A stretch of 63,744 bases of DNA, filler included, from Reticulomyxa filosa (GCA_000512085.1; 21 parts of 21 records of this genome joined end to end with filler, not necessarily neighbours in it); one strand, 5' to 3'. Counted from the whole stretch's first letter, positions 1-11,257 are shown. A program made the numbers and translations. The notes: a model not told the origin generated them from the letters alone.

Positions 1-135
1 CTTCCAGATATCAATGTATTGTCCCTTTCAATGAAACAATTCATCATTGGGGATCGATCATGGAAACCAGATGTCAAGATCAAAGTTGTAAAAGCAGCAG
101 CCAAGTTCGTAGTCGATACCAAGAGAAGGATTTGA
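1..135 (+). mobile_element. Probable 3' end of a non-LTR retrotransposon ORF
   Basis: Frame 1 reads LPDINVLSLSMKQFIIGDRSWKPDVKIKVVKAAAKFVVDTKRRI*. This resembles the terminal 'sl..llg...a..fl..t.r.*' helix that ends many RNase H-containing LINE ORF2 proteins. An RT relic lies ~1.5 kb downstream. The segment is short, so the call is weak. Confidence 0.45.
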
Positions 136-1659
136 ATAATTGTCAAGTTTCTTCAAGAAATCTCAATTTAAATTGAAATAACTTTATTGTTTTTCTTTTG
201 ATTATTTTTTGCATTGCCACTGCAACCCATCTAAAAAAAAATCAATTTTCAATTTAAATGGAATAACTTTAAGTTTCTTTTAATTATTTTTGTGTGTTGT
301 AAAAGTTTGTGAGGTTCTTTCTTTGTTTTTTGTCTTCTTTTGTTTACTTTGTTCTATTTCTTATAACGATTTGATCTTTTTTAACTTGAAAGAGCTGAGT
401 TTGTGCATGTAGAGAGGGCAAAAAAGATTGCAAATTGAGGATGAAGCGATATAGTAGTCCTACACTTGACATGCCCCCACTGCAACCTAAAAAAAAAACA
501 ATACTTTTCTGGACAAAGTATTCTTGTTTCTTAATCCAATGAATTTAATCACCGATGTTGTCGTCGAACTTGCATGTTTTTCTTCTTTGTAATTTCGTCC
601 TTTAATCCATCATCTCGCTTCTTTTGTTTTATGGCTATCCGCCTTGTGCCATTTGTGTCGACGTCCATGTCATTATTCGATGTCATTTTGGATTGTCGTT
701 GTTTTTTTCTGGTATCATGCATATCAATACCCAATTCCATTTCCAACTCCATATCTATTACCAATGCAACCATACATACTGGCATTTGATAATTCACTAG
801 TGTCAGACATGTTCGTAAGTGTAGTTAACATGTCTGCCTTACCATTATATTGGATTATTGATCCAATTCCAAGTGGTGCATTTTGTCCCAACATGGCTTG
901 CAGTATAGCCGATTAGTGTAAAACACCTTGCCTCGGCCTTCCTGATCGCCTTCACAAGCCTTGTTATCAGTTCTGCCAAACACAAAAGCATGTATGTGCA
1001 TCGAAATTGCCAATTTTTCAAATGCGTCGAACACTCTTAAGGCATGCAAGGTTCAATCTTCTCCCGCAAGCCGTTTCCAGTAAAAGGGCCACTATCCCGG
1101 CTACTATGAGTTTGTACCTTGTTACTCTTAAGGCAACTGATGTTAATATACGATGGAAGTTTAAAATACACTTCTACCTATTGAAGTTACACACATATTG
1201 CGAACAGACGACACCCGAAAATAAATTACAACAAAATACGTTGCCAAAAACAATAACAAATGGAAGAAATCACAATATTACAAAATCCAACTACTATAAA
1301 AAAATTTTTCACTAGTTGAAATTTATTTGGATTTTGTCTTGCGGTATCTGGTTAGTTTCAAAATTGTCAATTTTTTCATGATCTTTCAATATATTTCGAA
1401 ATATCTAGTTGATATTGCTTTGCTTTCTAGATCTTGCTAATCTTTCACGATAATCGTCGATTATTATGATATATATTTTTTTTTTGAACAAGTAGGTGGA
1501 TTCAGCTGCAAATCAGATGTCGATAAATATATTTACTGTCAAAGATATTTGCAGAATCTCATTAGCCTCCAAAAGATGTTAATGAAAAAAATTGAAGATT
1601 ATATTATATTTAAAGTTATATTATCAAGCCTTGGAATTTGATTATAATTACATCGGGGT

Positions 1660-1905
1660 AAATGATATCAATCAGAGTAATATTACAAAAGAAAAAGTTA
1701 TTGATGCTGTTATACATTATCACCGTACAAAGCTCGATGTCCAGATGACATCTATAATCAAATGTTAAAGAATAGTGTTAATGCGAATCATTTTTATTCC
1801 TATTTAGATGTAGTTTCCGAATTGGATAGAAAAAGATAAACATTGTGCATATTCACAATCCTGAAAGATCACAGTTAGTACAAGAATCATAGATCGATTT
1901 TACTG
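1660..1905 (+). pseudogene. Degenerate non-LTR (LINE) reverse transcriptase fragment (RT subdomains 0-2)
   Basis: Across frameshifts it reads NITKEKVIDAVI / LSPYKARCPDDIYNQMLKN / KINIVHIHNPE / DHS*YKNHRSILL. This matches the LINE consensus 'IT.eEv..ai..L...KApGpDgI.n.mLK ... a.ivpIpKp.kd....nYRPIsLL' in the correct order and spacing. Confidence 0.8.
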
Positions 1906-2380
1906 AATTTTCTAATGTGATTTCTTCCTATTTTTTTCTCTATTGTAACTTGAACACTAGATTGCATTGTGTATTCTTTAAATCGTCAAATAACTTTATG
2001 TTGCGCTGTATTTTATTACATTCCATAAACATTCTATTTAAATATTTATTTATAAAGAGATAACATTGATTTTGAAGAATAATTGGGATTTCTAACATCA
2101 ATCATATCAATACATGCATACCTTAGCGAAAGATTTTTTGTAAAAGAGTTGAATTGTTATCCTTCAGCAGTCTTGCTTTACTTTTTTTAGTCAATTCATT
2201 TATGTTTTTCATTAAATTTTGTCAGAAAGTATTATGTTTTAGGCCTAAGATCAGATTTTCTTCATTCATTGTGTTAATTTCAAAATTTATTATTGATAAC
2301 ATGGCTTAAGTTTGTATCTTATATTATGATATGTGTATATGATACTTGATTGTGTTAAAAAAAGGAAAAATTAAAAATCT

Positions 2381-5008
2381 TCAAATAATGACAATTCCTT
2401 CATATTTCTTTTGCGAAGGAAAAGGAAAGTCATCAAGCCATACATTTCCAAAAATATCAAAAATGGTAAGGTAAGACTTGAGAAAAGAATGATCATAATT
2501 TGAATTAGTGTTCCCCCTCTGACGGGAACCATCATGCTGAAAAAGGTTTGGATAAGAATTGGCAATATCTGATTCAATTTCTTCGGTTTTGATGGCGCAG
2601 ATGACCGTATCATTTGTGTTTGGCAAAAAAGTCAAGGTAGAGAAACCTTTGGTTGAGTGTTGCAGATGTTTTTTCATCGATTCTTGCATATATTTCAAAT
2701 GTTGAAATTCATCGCCGTCCAAATCACTAACACGAATAATGTCAGATTTCACTGACAGTATCCTTTGACCGAGAAATATCTTTTCATTGTTTGAGACATT
2801 TTCATCATTTGAAAATTTTTTTTTTTTCTGTGAATTCTCCTCGTTTTCATTTGTCTCCGCTGACCCGATCTCAATTGTTTTTTCATTTGTCGTTTCTCTT
2901 TGTTTCTCTTTTTCTATGGAGGATTTTCTTCAAATAAAAGCAACACAAAAACACGATGCAAATGTAAACGAACTCCAAGCTAATAGATTCGTTTTGATAT
3001 ACTAAACAGAGTTTGGTTGTTGTTACTGTTAGCACCAGCACTGGCATTGACATGGATATTTCGAGCTCCATTTGTATTAACATTAGAATCATTTTGATTT
3101 GATTCAGATTGTGGTTGTAATGTTTGTGTTTGCGATTGTGGTTGTGATTGTAATGGTTTTTCAATAAGCGTGGGCGAGGGTGGATGGTTGTATTGAATCC
3201 AAACCAAGCGGATGTCTTCAAAATTGGCAGACGCAATGATCAACAAATTAGCACCTCTGAAGCTGGTTCGTTTGGCATGATAAGGCTCAAAGCTGACATA
3301 TCGCGGCAAAATGAACCATTGTTGATGAATATCACTCCACTCAACAGCCTCAATCCACAAATAACCAGGATATATTGTCCCAGTAGCAATTCGCAGTCGA
3401 TTATAATAAGTGCTCCAATTTTCATATTGAATCGTTCCCTTTTCGTTCATTTTGGCAATCCACAAAGGAGCAAGTGTTACAATTTCACTGCCGTTGTCAT
3501 TGGTATATCTATTCTAACATTTGTTTTGTTTTTGCAAAAACAAGTAAGTTTGACAGAGGAAATAGCATCCATCAAATAAGGTCAAACAAAACTCGCGACC
3601 GAAAGAGCCAATGTATAGCCAATTTTGAAGGCGTTTTTTCGAATCAAATCGACTAGAAGACGGTCTTTTGACGGTAGTTGCCCATTCGATTTTCATTCCT
3701 TTCGGATGATCGCCGAATCCCTCCATTATTATTTGTTGAGGAATTACCTCAAAGCGACTGCTAATGCAACTGACTGCTCCAGTTCGATCGTCAAATGTTA
3801 ATAGTTGGCCGTTGAACCAAACCAGCTCACTTAATTCCATACCTCGACCCATTTCATTTAAACCACTGCGTAGTATTACTGATTGATCCAATGAATCCAG
3901 TTCGATTTCTTTTGCCTTTTGTTTTTGATTTTGATTTTGATTTGCATTTGCATTTGCATTTCCCTTGTCATTGTTATTATTGTCATTATCATCATCATGT
4001 TCAAAAGGCGGTTTAATCCACTTCACCGTCACGGAATGATTGGCAGTGATCGTAACAACGGCGTGTTGCAAATACGATATCCATTGATAGTCTGCGACTT
4101 TCGAAGATTTGTCCATATCCGTGATGGCTGCAATGTAATAAATCCCTTTCTCGGGTTCGGAATAACCATTTGGATATTTCTTACAGCCTTGTCCTTGCAA
4201 ATGACCTTCTTTTATATCTGTTTTCTCCCATTCGTTTTTTCTTTTTTTTTTTGTCCAATGACACATACACACACTCTGCAACTTATACACATATGTATGT
4301 ATATATATATGTATATATATATGTATATATATATGTATATATATATGTATACATATTACACAGCATCTCACTCGCCAAATAGTTTTTCTTGCAACAAAAA
4401 CAAGTCAACTCTTGTTCGTCTGGAATCAAGTCGGACGCAGGCAATTGGAATTGCTCTTGTTTCGAAGATGGCAACGGCGGTTGAATGACGATGGGTGGGC
4501 CTTTGACCGATGGCTCTTTTGGCAGAGGGTGTGGTGCATTGGCACGGTTGGACTTACTCGACAAAGTATTATTTGTTAGGAACAGGTAGCGAAAGCCGAC
4601 CATTGCGATAACAAAGTAGAACACATACGAGAGCAACGAATGCTTTGGAGATAGCACGTATCGATATTTGTGAAAACAAAAATGTAAGTACGGACAACTT
4701 TTCCGTTTATCGTTGGCAATCATTGCGTTATCATAGGATTGCCAAGATGTCACTGTCATGGGATTTGCCATATATACGTCATTATCAACTACACTAGTTT
4801 CATGCGTTATCACATTAATCAGTCCACTATGAATGCCACTACTCTCATCACACAATTCGTTGCTTCCAGTCGCTTCCGCGTTTCGATCTACTGCTATCGT
4901 TTTCGGATCAAGTCCGGTTTTATTCACTTTTCGCCTTTTTTGATGTTGTTTGCTAGGAACAGAGGTTTTCAAACCGAGCTGTTTATTACTTCGGAGCTGC
5001 ATTACCAA
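2381..5008 (-). CDS. CANT1: Ca2+-activated nucleotidase/apyrase (CANT1 family), multi-exon, with N-terminal membrane anchor
   Basis: Motifs IAAITDMD, GRGMELSELVWFNGQLLTFDDRTG, GMKIEWAT, LYIGSFGREF, PGYLWIEAVEWS..WFILPR, KGFSTLTFLPNTNDTVICAIKTEE and terminal KYEGIVII occur in order across ORFs 4283-5008, 3514-4371, 2980-3465 and 2381-2752. Hydrophobic anchor YVFYFVIAMVGFRYLFL. Exact start uncertain. Confidence 0.92.
4285..4356. repeat. Intronic (TA)n/TATG alternating purine-pyrimidine microsatellite with ~12-bp period
   Basis: ATGTATATATAT repeated inside an apyrase intron. It produces the spurious YIHI/MYIY ORF tracts. Similar tracts occur at ~7830-7880, 9340-9410, 57875-57920 and 58228-58275. 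Confidence 0.9.
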
Positions 5009-5300
5009 GAGTTATTTTTTTCTTCTACGATTTCTCTTCCCCTTTTATTCGAACCTAAGCTCTGACGTCTCCTTTCCATTTCTCTTTAGTTATTTCAGTT
5101 CACAAGGATCGGAACTGTTTCATACGATAGTTGAGAATTTTTGACATTAAAACAAAAGACAATATACAAAAAGTTTGTCATCTTTGTGATAATGCAAAAA
5201 TGTTTAACATAACAAAAATTTACATTCGATTCAAAACTGAACAAAAACATTGCGACACAAACAACAACAACAACAAAAGAAATTAGAATTTACATTACCG

Positions 5301-6348
5301 TCAAATGGCATCAGTAACAAAGGGAGGCTGAGCTGTTGGTGGTTTTGAACGAGAGGATGCAACACTAATCGTTCGGGTAGTCGATATTACGTGGGGTACA
5401 TCAGCTCCCGTATTAAACAATGTTTGACAGGTACATATGCACCCAGCACACAAAACATGAAACATTTTTATAAATCTTTTGTCCATCAACAACAAGCAAA
5501 CGCAATTAATAGCCTATGGGACATCAATATACAATTTAAAAAAGAAATATCTATATGTGAGTTGCATTGTCATCTTATTTTTTTTTTAACAAAGCCTCAA
5601 CGTCGTCGATACGATTAACATGAAATAAGTCAGTTTGAAAGGCTACTAACAATGTGGCAACAAATGAAGACAAAATTGCAGTACTGGTCAAAATGGCGTA
5701 TTTAATCGCCACTTCTTTCAATGACATATCATTTTTCTCTTGTAAAAATTGATTCAATGGCCTTTCGAAAGTTTTTTTCCCCCTCCTTTCCAGTAAAAAC
5801 AAAAACAAAAAAGAAAAAGGTACATACCTCAAGAACATGAATAAACATAACGCGCTAATGGCAAAATCAATGACAGCAAAGAAGGTAAGATACCAACGAG
5901 GGCCAGAAAAAGTACATTGACTCAAACGTGTAGGCTTATTTTCGACTACAAAAATTCCGACAACGAAAAAAAGGGTCATTGTTCCACCAATAAATACGAA
6001 TAGTAGATTGATAATGGTAGAAGAATACCCAAACGAAGCGCCTCTAAAACTTACACTAACCCGTTGTATCAATAAAAAGTACATGCAGAGTTTCGACCCT
6101 GCATATGAAAAGGTTGACACCTGCAATCGAAAATAACAGTGTTTTTCTTGATTATTCATATAAATAACTATCACCATTATTTCTTCTATTGAATACGCAA
6201 CAAAACATCCAATTGTTAACAAAACCAAAGCTCTGTTTGTTTTGTCTGGACGGAGCCATACTGTTGTACTATACAATATCAAGATACTCACGATCAGTGC
6301 CAACACCACACACGAGATAACGAAATATGATAATCTATACGAGTTCAT
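5301..6348 (-). CDS. Seven-transmembrane GPCR-like receptor (3 exons)
   Basis: Seven hydrophobic segments appear after splicing. Cys at the top of TM3 (KHCYF) and in the TM4-5 loop (SQCTF). TM7 reads DD|AINCVCLLLM. The tail has a Cys cluster CAGCICTC. Confidence 0.7.
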
Positions 6349-6598
6349 TAGGTGTTTTGACAGTTGCTCAACTAAAAGATGTCACTGCAAACGTTCGAAT
6401 ATTCCCCCATATTGAAAGGCGCAAACTCAGTTTTTTTTTTGCTGAAATTGATTTGTTGTAACATAAGTGTAACGAAATTCACAAGGTATAGAAAGGGTAT
6501 TCGATTTGCATTTTGGAAAAGTCCAAGTTAGTATTGGAAAAGGAAAGGGACAAAGAACTAAAGAAGAATCAAATAAATATTGTACAGCGTTTTTGATT

Positions 6599-7016
6599 TC
6601 ACCGAAAATTATCTTCCCAACGTCCACCACTTCTGCTTCTGCTAACGCTCCTCTCTCTGTGTCTACTGTTCGCGCGCCTTGTGTATTCGCTGTCTCTGCT
6701 TCTGCGTCTCCCTCTACTATATCTATCCTTGTCGACATCCCTGTCTGAATCTCTATCTCTCTTTCTGCCCATGTAACTGTCCAAGTCTCCATCTAATCTT
6801 CTCTTCAATTGGTATTTGTTCGATTTCGGATAGGCGAAGTTCTCATGAGCATTGGTTTGATGAGATTTGAAATGATGCAGTTTTTCAAAATATTTAAAAT
6901 TGCCTCTTCCTTTCATCATTTGACCATGAATTCCCAATTCCCCTGAGTTGTTGTGTGTCCTTTTGCCCTTTGCAGGTTTTGCATTGCTATCCGAGACACT
7001 TTTGTTGTTATTTTTG

Positions 7017-7051
<35 letters not shown>

Positions 7052-7428
7052 TTTGTTATTATTACTGTTAGTATTATCACTATTATTGTTATCATTATTG
7101 TTATTATTATTGTTATTATTGTTATTGTGTTCAGTCCCATTGTCGTTGGAATTATCTTTTTGTTTCTTTTTATGTTTATTTACTTTCTTTTTTTTGATTT
7201 GTCTTTGTTTTTTCGCTTGCGTTTTTTGTGATTGTTTTCGCTGTTGCTGCCACTATCCGCGTCGTTATGGCTTTCATTTTCGCTTGCATTTTCACTACCA
7301 CTGGCACTGTCGCTGTTTTTGCTAGCATCACTAGCGCTGTCGCTGTTGCTGCTATCGCTATCGCTATCGCTATCACCCCCATCTGTGTCATCATTTTTAT
7401 TCTTGCTCTTGCTTTTGCTTTTGCTTTT
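6599..7428 (-). CDS. 3' part of a low-complexity nuclear protein with an LDxDLDxYM motif and RS/RD tail (5' truncated)
   Basis: K/S/D/N-rich reading, with one frameshift at an A-run near 7190, leads into RRLDGDLDSYMGRKRDRDSDRD...RSVSRSRS. Confidence 0.65.
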
Positions 7429-7653
7429 NNNNNNNNNNNNNNNNNNNNNNNNNNNNNNNNNNNNNNNNNNNNTTAATTAATTAANNNNNNNNNNNNNNNN
7501 NNNNNNNNNNNNNNNNNNNNNNNNNNNNAAAAAAAAACAAAGTAACACTATTCGAAGAACTGATGGCCAAGAAAGATAACTTACTTTTGGTTGTTTTCAA
7601 ACGAACAAACAAAAAAAAAATAAAAAAACAAGCCAAACACAATTTACTTCCTT

Positions 7654-8526
7654 TTAGTACCACGTACAACACTGATTATTTTTCTTTGCTTTTTGGTGAA
7701 ACATTTTGGAAACTTCTCCAATATCTTCTGACTTCAATACCAAATGGTCCAATGTTTCGCCCCGTCTCAAAACCTAGGAAAGTGGACGTTGCAAATTGTG
7801 ATTGGACAACATATTGAAACAACAAACACATATCCATATGTATGTATATATATATAGTATATACATATATGTATATGCGTATAAATGATGTATTCTGTAT
7901 GTACAACAAAACTTCTTCGATATTTTTATGCATAATTTCTTTGACTTCGTCCAAGTTTTTTTGAACAGACAAGTATTTATCAGCTTTTTCGGGATCGGCA
8001 TATTCTTTTAAAAAGTCCTCCAATTTTCCAAACGCAAAATCCTCGTCTTTTTGAGCTGATTTCCAATTGCCTTTGCAAGCTTTTTCAAATTCGGCCAAAA
8101 ACTTGGTAATCAATGAATGTGCGACTCTTTCTGGGTATTCATTGTCTGCAACTGCTATTCCTGTTAATCCATCTGTTCGACGAAACACCTTGATCATTTT
8201 TGTTTGTTTTGTTTGTTTATTGTTTTTTGAAATTGCTCAGATGTTTCCAGTTGAACAACACAACAGTGTTTTTTTAATTGAACCCTTTCCTCTCTTCCTC
8301 ACTCCGTTAATAACGTAACATGGCATTTAAATGGTACTTCTTTTAGACTGATCGTGATTCGCGTTCCAAGAGGACATCGGGCTGCAGAAGTACGGGATGC
8401 AAACTTCAGGTGTTCTCTGACTGTCGAGCGTTGCCAAAGGCTAAACGACGACAAATCTTCAGCATTGCTTAAAGCATACGCATCTTCTTTTGGTACCGAA
8501 AAAATATGAAGCCAAATTAATTTCAT
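7654..8526 (-). CDS. YKT6: Longin R-SNARE YKT6 (3 exons, complete)
   Basis: Longin domain (DLSSFSLWQRSTVRE, DNEYPERVA), ADPEKADK, SNARE core VLRRGETLDHLV and C-terminal prenylation motif NQCCTWY*. Confidence 0.95.
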
Positions 8527-9044
8527 CGTTCTGCTATAATTGGAAGTTTGATGGATGCTTAAATTAGAATAATCAATTTGCTCAAATAAATTGAACGCTT
8601 TACTCCAAGTGAACTTTACTTAAAACTGTGTAAATGACAAAGATTTGGTAAAGATTTATTAATTCATGCGTTTTGTTACAAAAATGGCGTGCCATTTGCA
8701 TAGAAGGTAGTTACGCTCAAAATATGGGATAATAATATTAAAGCAGCCATTTTTATTGGCAGTATTTTCTATTCTTTCTAACCACAAAATACAATAGTTT
8801 GTTTCAATGAATACATTTAAAATTTTAACCAATTAAAAGCAATTTTTCTCAAGGCAATGCAAAGAATTACAAAACTTGATTCTAAAGAAATATTTTGTTT
8901 TTTTGTGTAATTGTTGACATTTTGAATTTATTAAATTGTTGATCGACTCATCCCTTTTTTTGTTTACTTCTCAAAGTTATCGCTATACACGCTATACAAA
9001 AAAAGGGAAAAGAAGAAGAAAAAAAAATATGCTGAAAAGACGTG

Positions 9045-10320
9045 TTAATCAATATTGCCTTCAATGAGAAGAGGTTTTTTTCGTTTGGAAGATGTTTCAC
9101 CGGTGGAGTCTTGGTTGTTTTTGTGTGTGCTGTCAAATAAATTTTTGTTGCTATGCCATTTTTGTAACTCCTCTTCTTGAGTTCTACTAATTTCAGCCCG
9201 TAGCGTTTTAACCTCTTCATTGACTTGTGTAAGCTGTTTTTTATATCTGGCCAATCGCACTTGTGAAATGACCCAATGAGCAAAGACCCCTTTTGCACAA
9301 AGCATGCATACACACAGACACCATGTGCATGTACAATTTCCCAATGTATACATATACAATATACAGATGTATGTACATGTATATGTTGTATATACATATA
9401 TATATATTGTCTCTCTCTTACAATGCATTTATTTGTATTGACAAAAAACAAGAACAAACCCGCAGTTTTATTTTGCTGCGAAATGATATTAAATTTAAAA
9501 TTTTCGCGATTCATATATAAGCGATTAAGTGTTTCTAGCATGTCATCGCTGATGTAATCATTTTTGAATTTGATAATATTAGGAATGAAAAAGGGTTGCG
9601 ACAAAAATTTTGGAAATTTCTTTCCACGATCGTTGTTGTTCTTTTTTTTTATTTGCTTGTGCTTTTTTTGAAGCCTTGTTTTTTTTTTGTTATTATTATT
9701 ATTATTGTTAACATTTTTATTGGAATTGTTCGTATCGGTGCTGACAGTACTTTCGTCTCCAGACATGACCATTTCAGGTTCCGTGGTCGACGGTGTATCC
9801 TCATCGGTGGGGGACACGCCAGGAAAGTGTGGCGAGTGGAGCATATTTTGTTGTGTCATGAACATCAGCGCTTCGAACGTCATGCAAATTTCTTCGCTGA
9901 CATTTGTCATATTTTGTAGATCTTGGATTTCTTTCATTCGAATGTTCGTTATTGCCATTCGTGCTTTTTCACAAACATGTTGTGCTTGTTCCACCTTTTT
10001 TTTTTTTAAAAAAAAAAAATTTGCAATTGAAAAGAGTTATACGTTTCTTCTCCCCCCCCTTTTTTTTTATTTTATTATTATTATCAAAAAAAAAAAAAAA
10101 GAACCTTTGGCTGGTACAAATTTTGCAATTGCTGTGCGGCGACCAACTGCTGGACTAATTCTTGTGGAACGCCTCGTTGAGCCAAGAACTTGGTCATATC
10201 GGCAACGTACTGTTCTTCCAATTTGCCGAATTGGGCAATGTCTTGACACAGCTCAGAATAGCTGACCCACAAACTCTTTTTTTTGCTTTGGTCGCCATTT
10301 CTGCTGTCCCCGTCGTCGTC
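9045..10320 (-). CDS. Protein with a dynein stalk/microtubule-binding-domain-like module and short C-terminal tail (5' truncated)
   Basis: EQAQHVCEKARMAITNIRMKEIQDLQNM..ICMTFEALMFM, FIPNIIKF..YISDDMLETLNRLYMNRENFKFNIISQQNKTAG|VFAHWVISQVRLARY followed by coiled coil. This follows the CC1-MTBD-CC2 pattern of cytoplasmic dynein. A stop codon follows at 9045. Confidence 0.7.
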
Positions 10321-10420
10321 NNNNNNNNNNNNNNNNNNNNNNNNNNNNNNNNNNNNNNNNNNNNTTAATTAATTAANNNNNNNNNNNNNNNNNNNNNNNN
10401 NNNNNNNNNNNNNNNNNNNN

Positions 10421-10457
<37 letters not shown>

Positions 10458-11257
10458 GAGAAGATCAAAAGGTGAGACAAAGAACAATGCCTGACTCCAA
10501 CAATTTCCATTCTCAACTTTGGTGAGTTCTTCACAAATGGAGTCAAATTTACTCTTCCATGGGTTGCACTGCTCTTGCAGCTGCCCGTCTGTTTTGAGTG
10601 ACTCTTTCGTTGCTACCCTTTCGTTTGTTAACACCTCCAAATTGCTTTGCAATCCCTTCATCTGCTTATCTTGCATCTCTGTCTCCGCTGTTTTGCACGT
10701 TGCAATTTGTTCCAATTCTGCGCATCGCAACTCGAGAGCTTGGCGTTCGCTTTTTTTTTTTTTTTTTTTTGATTGAATTGTTTTGTTTGTTTGTTTGTTT
10801 TGTTAACTTTTCAATGGCTTCGATCTGCTTATTCAACTGCTTGTTTTCATCAACCAACTTGGCTTGTATCAGTTCAGAGTGTTTTTCACATTCTTTGATC
10901 CGTTGCTTGCTATTGGCTTCTGTCTCTGCCAGCAAGGCTTTAAGACGACTCACTTCGCTACGTCCCTCTTTTTCATAGCGCACAAACAACTCCAAACGCT
11001 GGCTCAAGTCACGCATTGTACGCTTCTCTTCTATATGCTGCAGCTGCGTGGATACATATTCCCTGTCGTAAAAATAAAACAAAACAGAAATGCACAACCT
11101 CCCGATTTGCTCCTTGTGCAAAGTGATACGTCTGTCGATTTGTGTTTTCAGTAAACAAAATAAAAACTCACCCTTTAATACCCGGAGTAAATTGATTGTG
11201 ACCAAGCTTAGGAATTGCAGAGATATTTGTGGTGTCTTTGTTTTCAGAACCAGACAT
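10421..11257 (-). CDS. Coiled-coil protein with lamin/intermediate-filament-like N-terminus (3' truncated)
   Basis: Spliced start MSGSENKDTTNISAIPKLGHNQFTPGIKG|EYVSTQLQHIEEKRTMRDLSQRLELFVRYEKE, then continuous heptads. Frame-preserving GT-AG introns at ~11063-11171 and 10750-10807. Confidence 0.6.

Noticed and set aside
163-502. Short direct repeats (TCAATTTAAAT.. at 163/249; CCACTGCAACC at 217/477) as element termini
   Set aside because: They are too short and lie in AT-rich DNA, with no consistent TIR or TSD structure.
549-1049. Small ORFs with a YCKPCW motif
   Set aside because: They are fragmented by stops and show no recognisable family.
6948-7480. Long poly-Leu/Ile/Val 'membrane' ORFs (also 57101-57562, 61104-61910, 33266-33703)
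   Set aside because: They are antisense or off-frame shadows of N/Q/D/S codon repeats in genes on the other strand or frame.
7473-7484. Recurrent TTAATTAATTAA palindrome as a biological repeat or CRISPR-like array
   Set aside because: It is always centred in N44 blocks, so it is a synthetic six-frame-stop linker.
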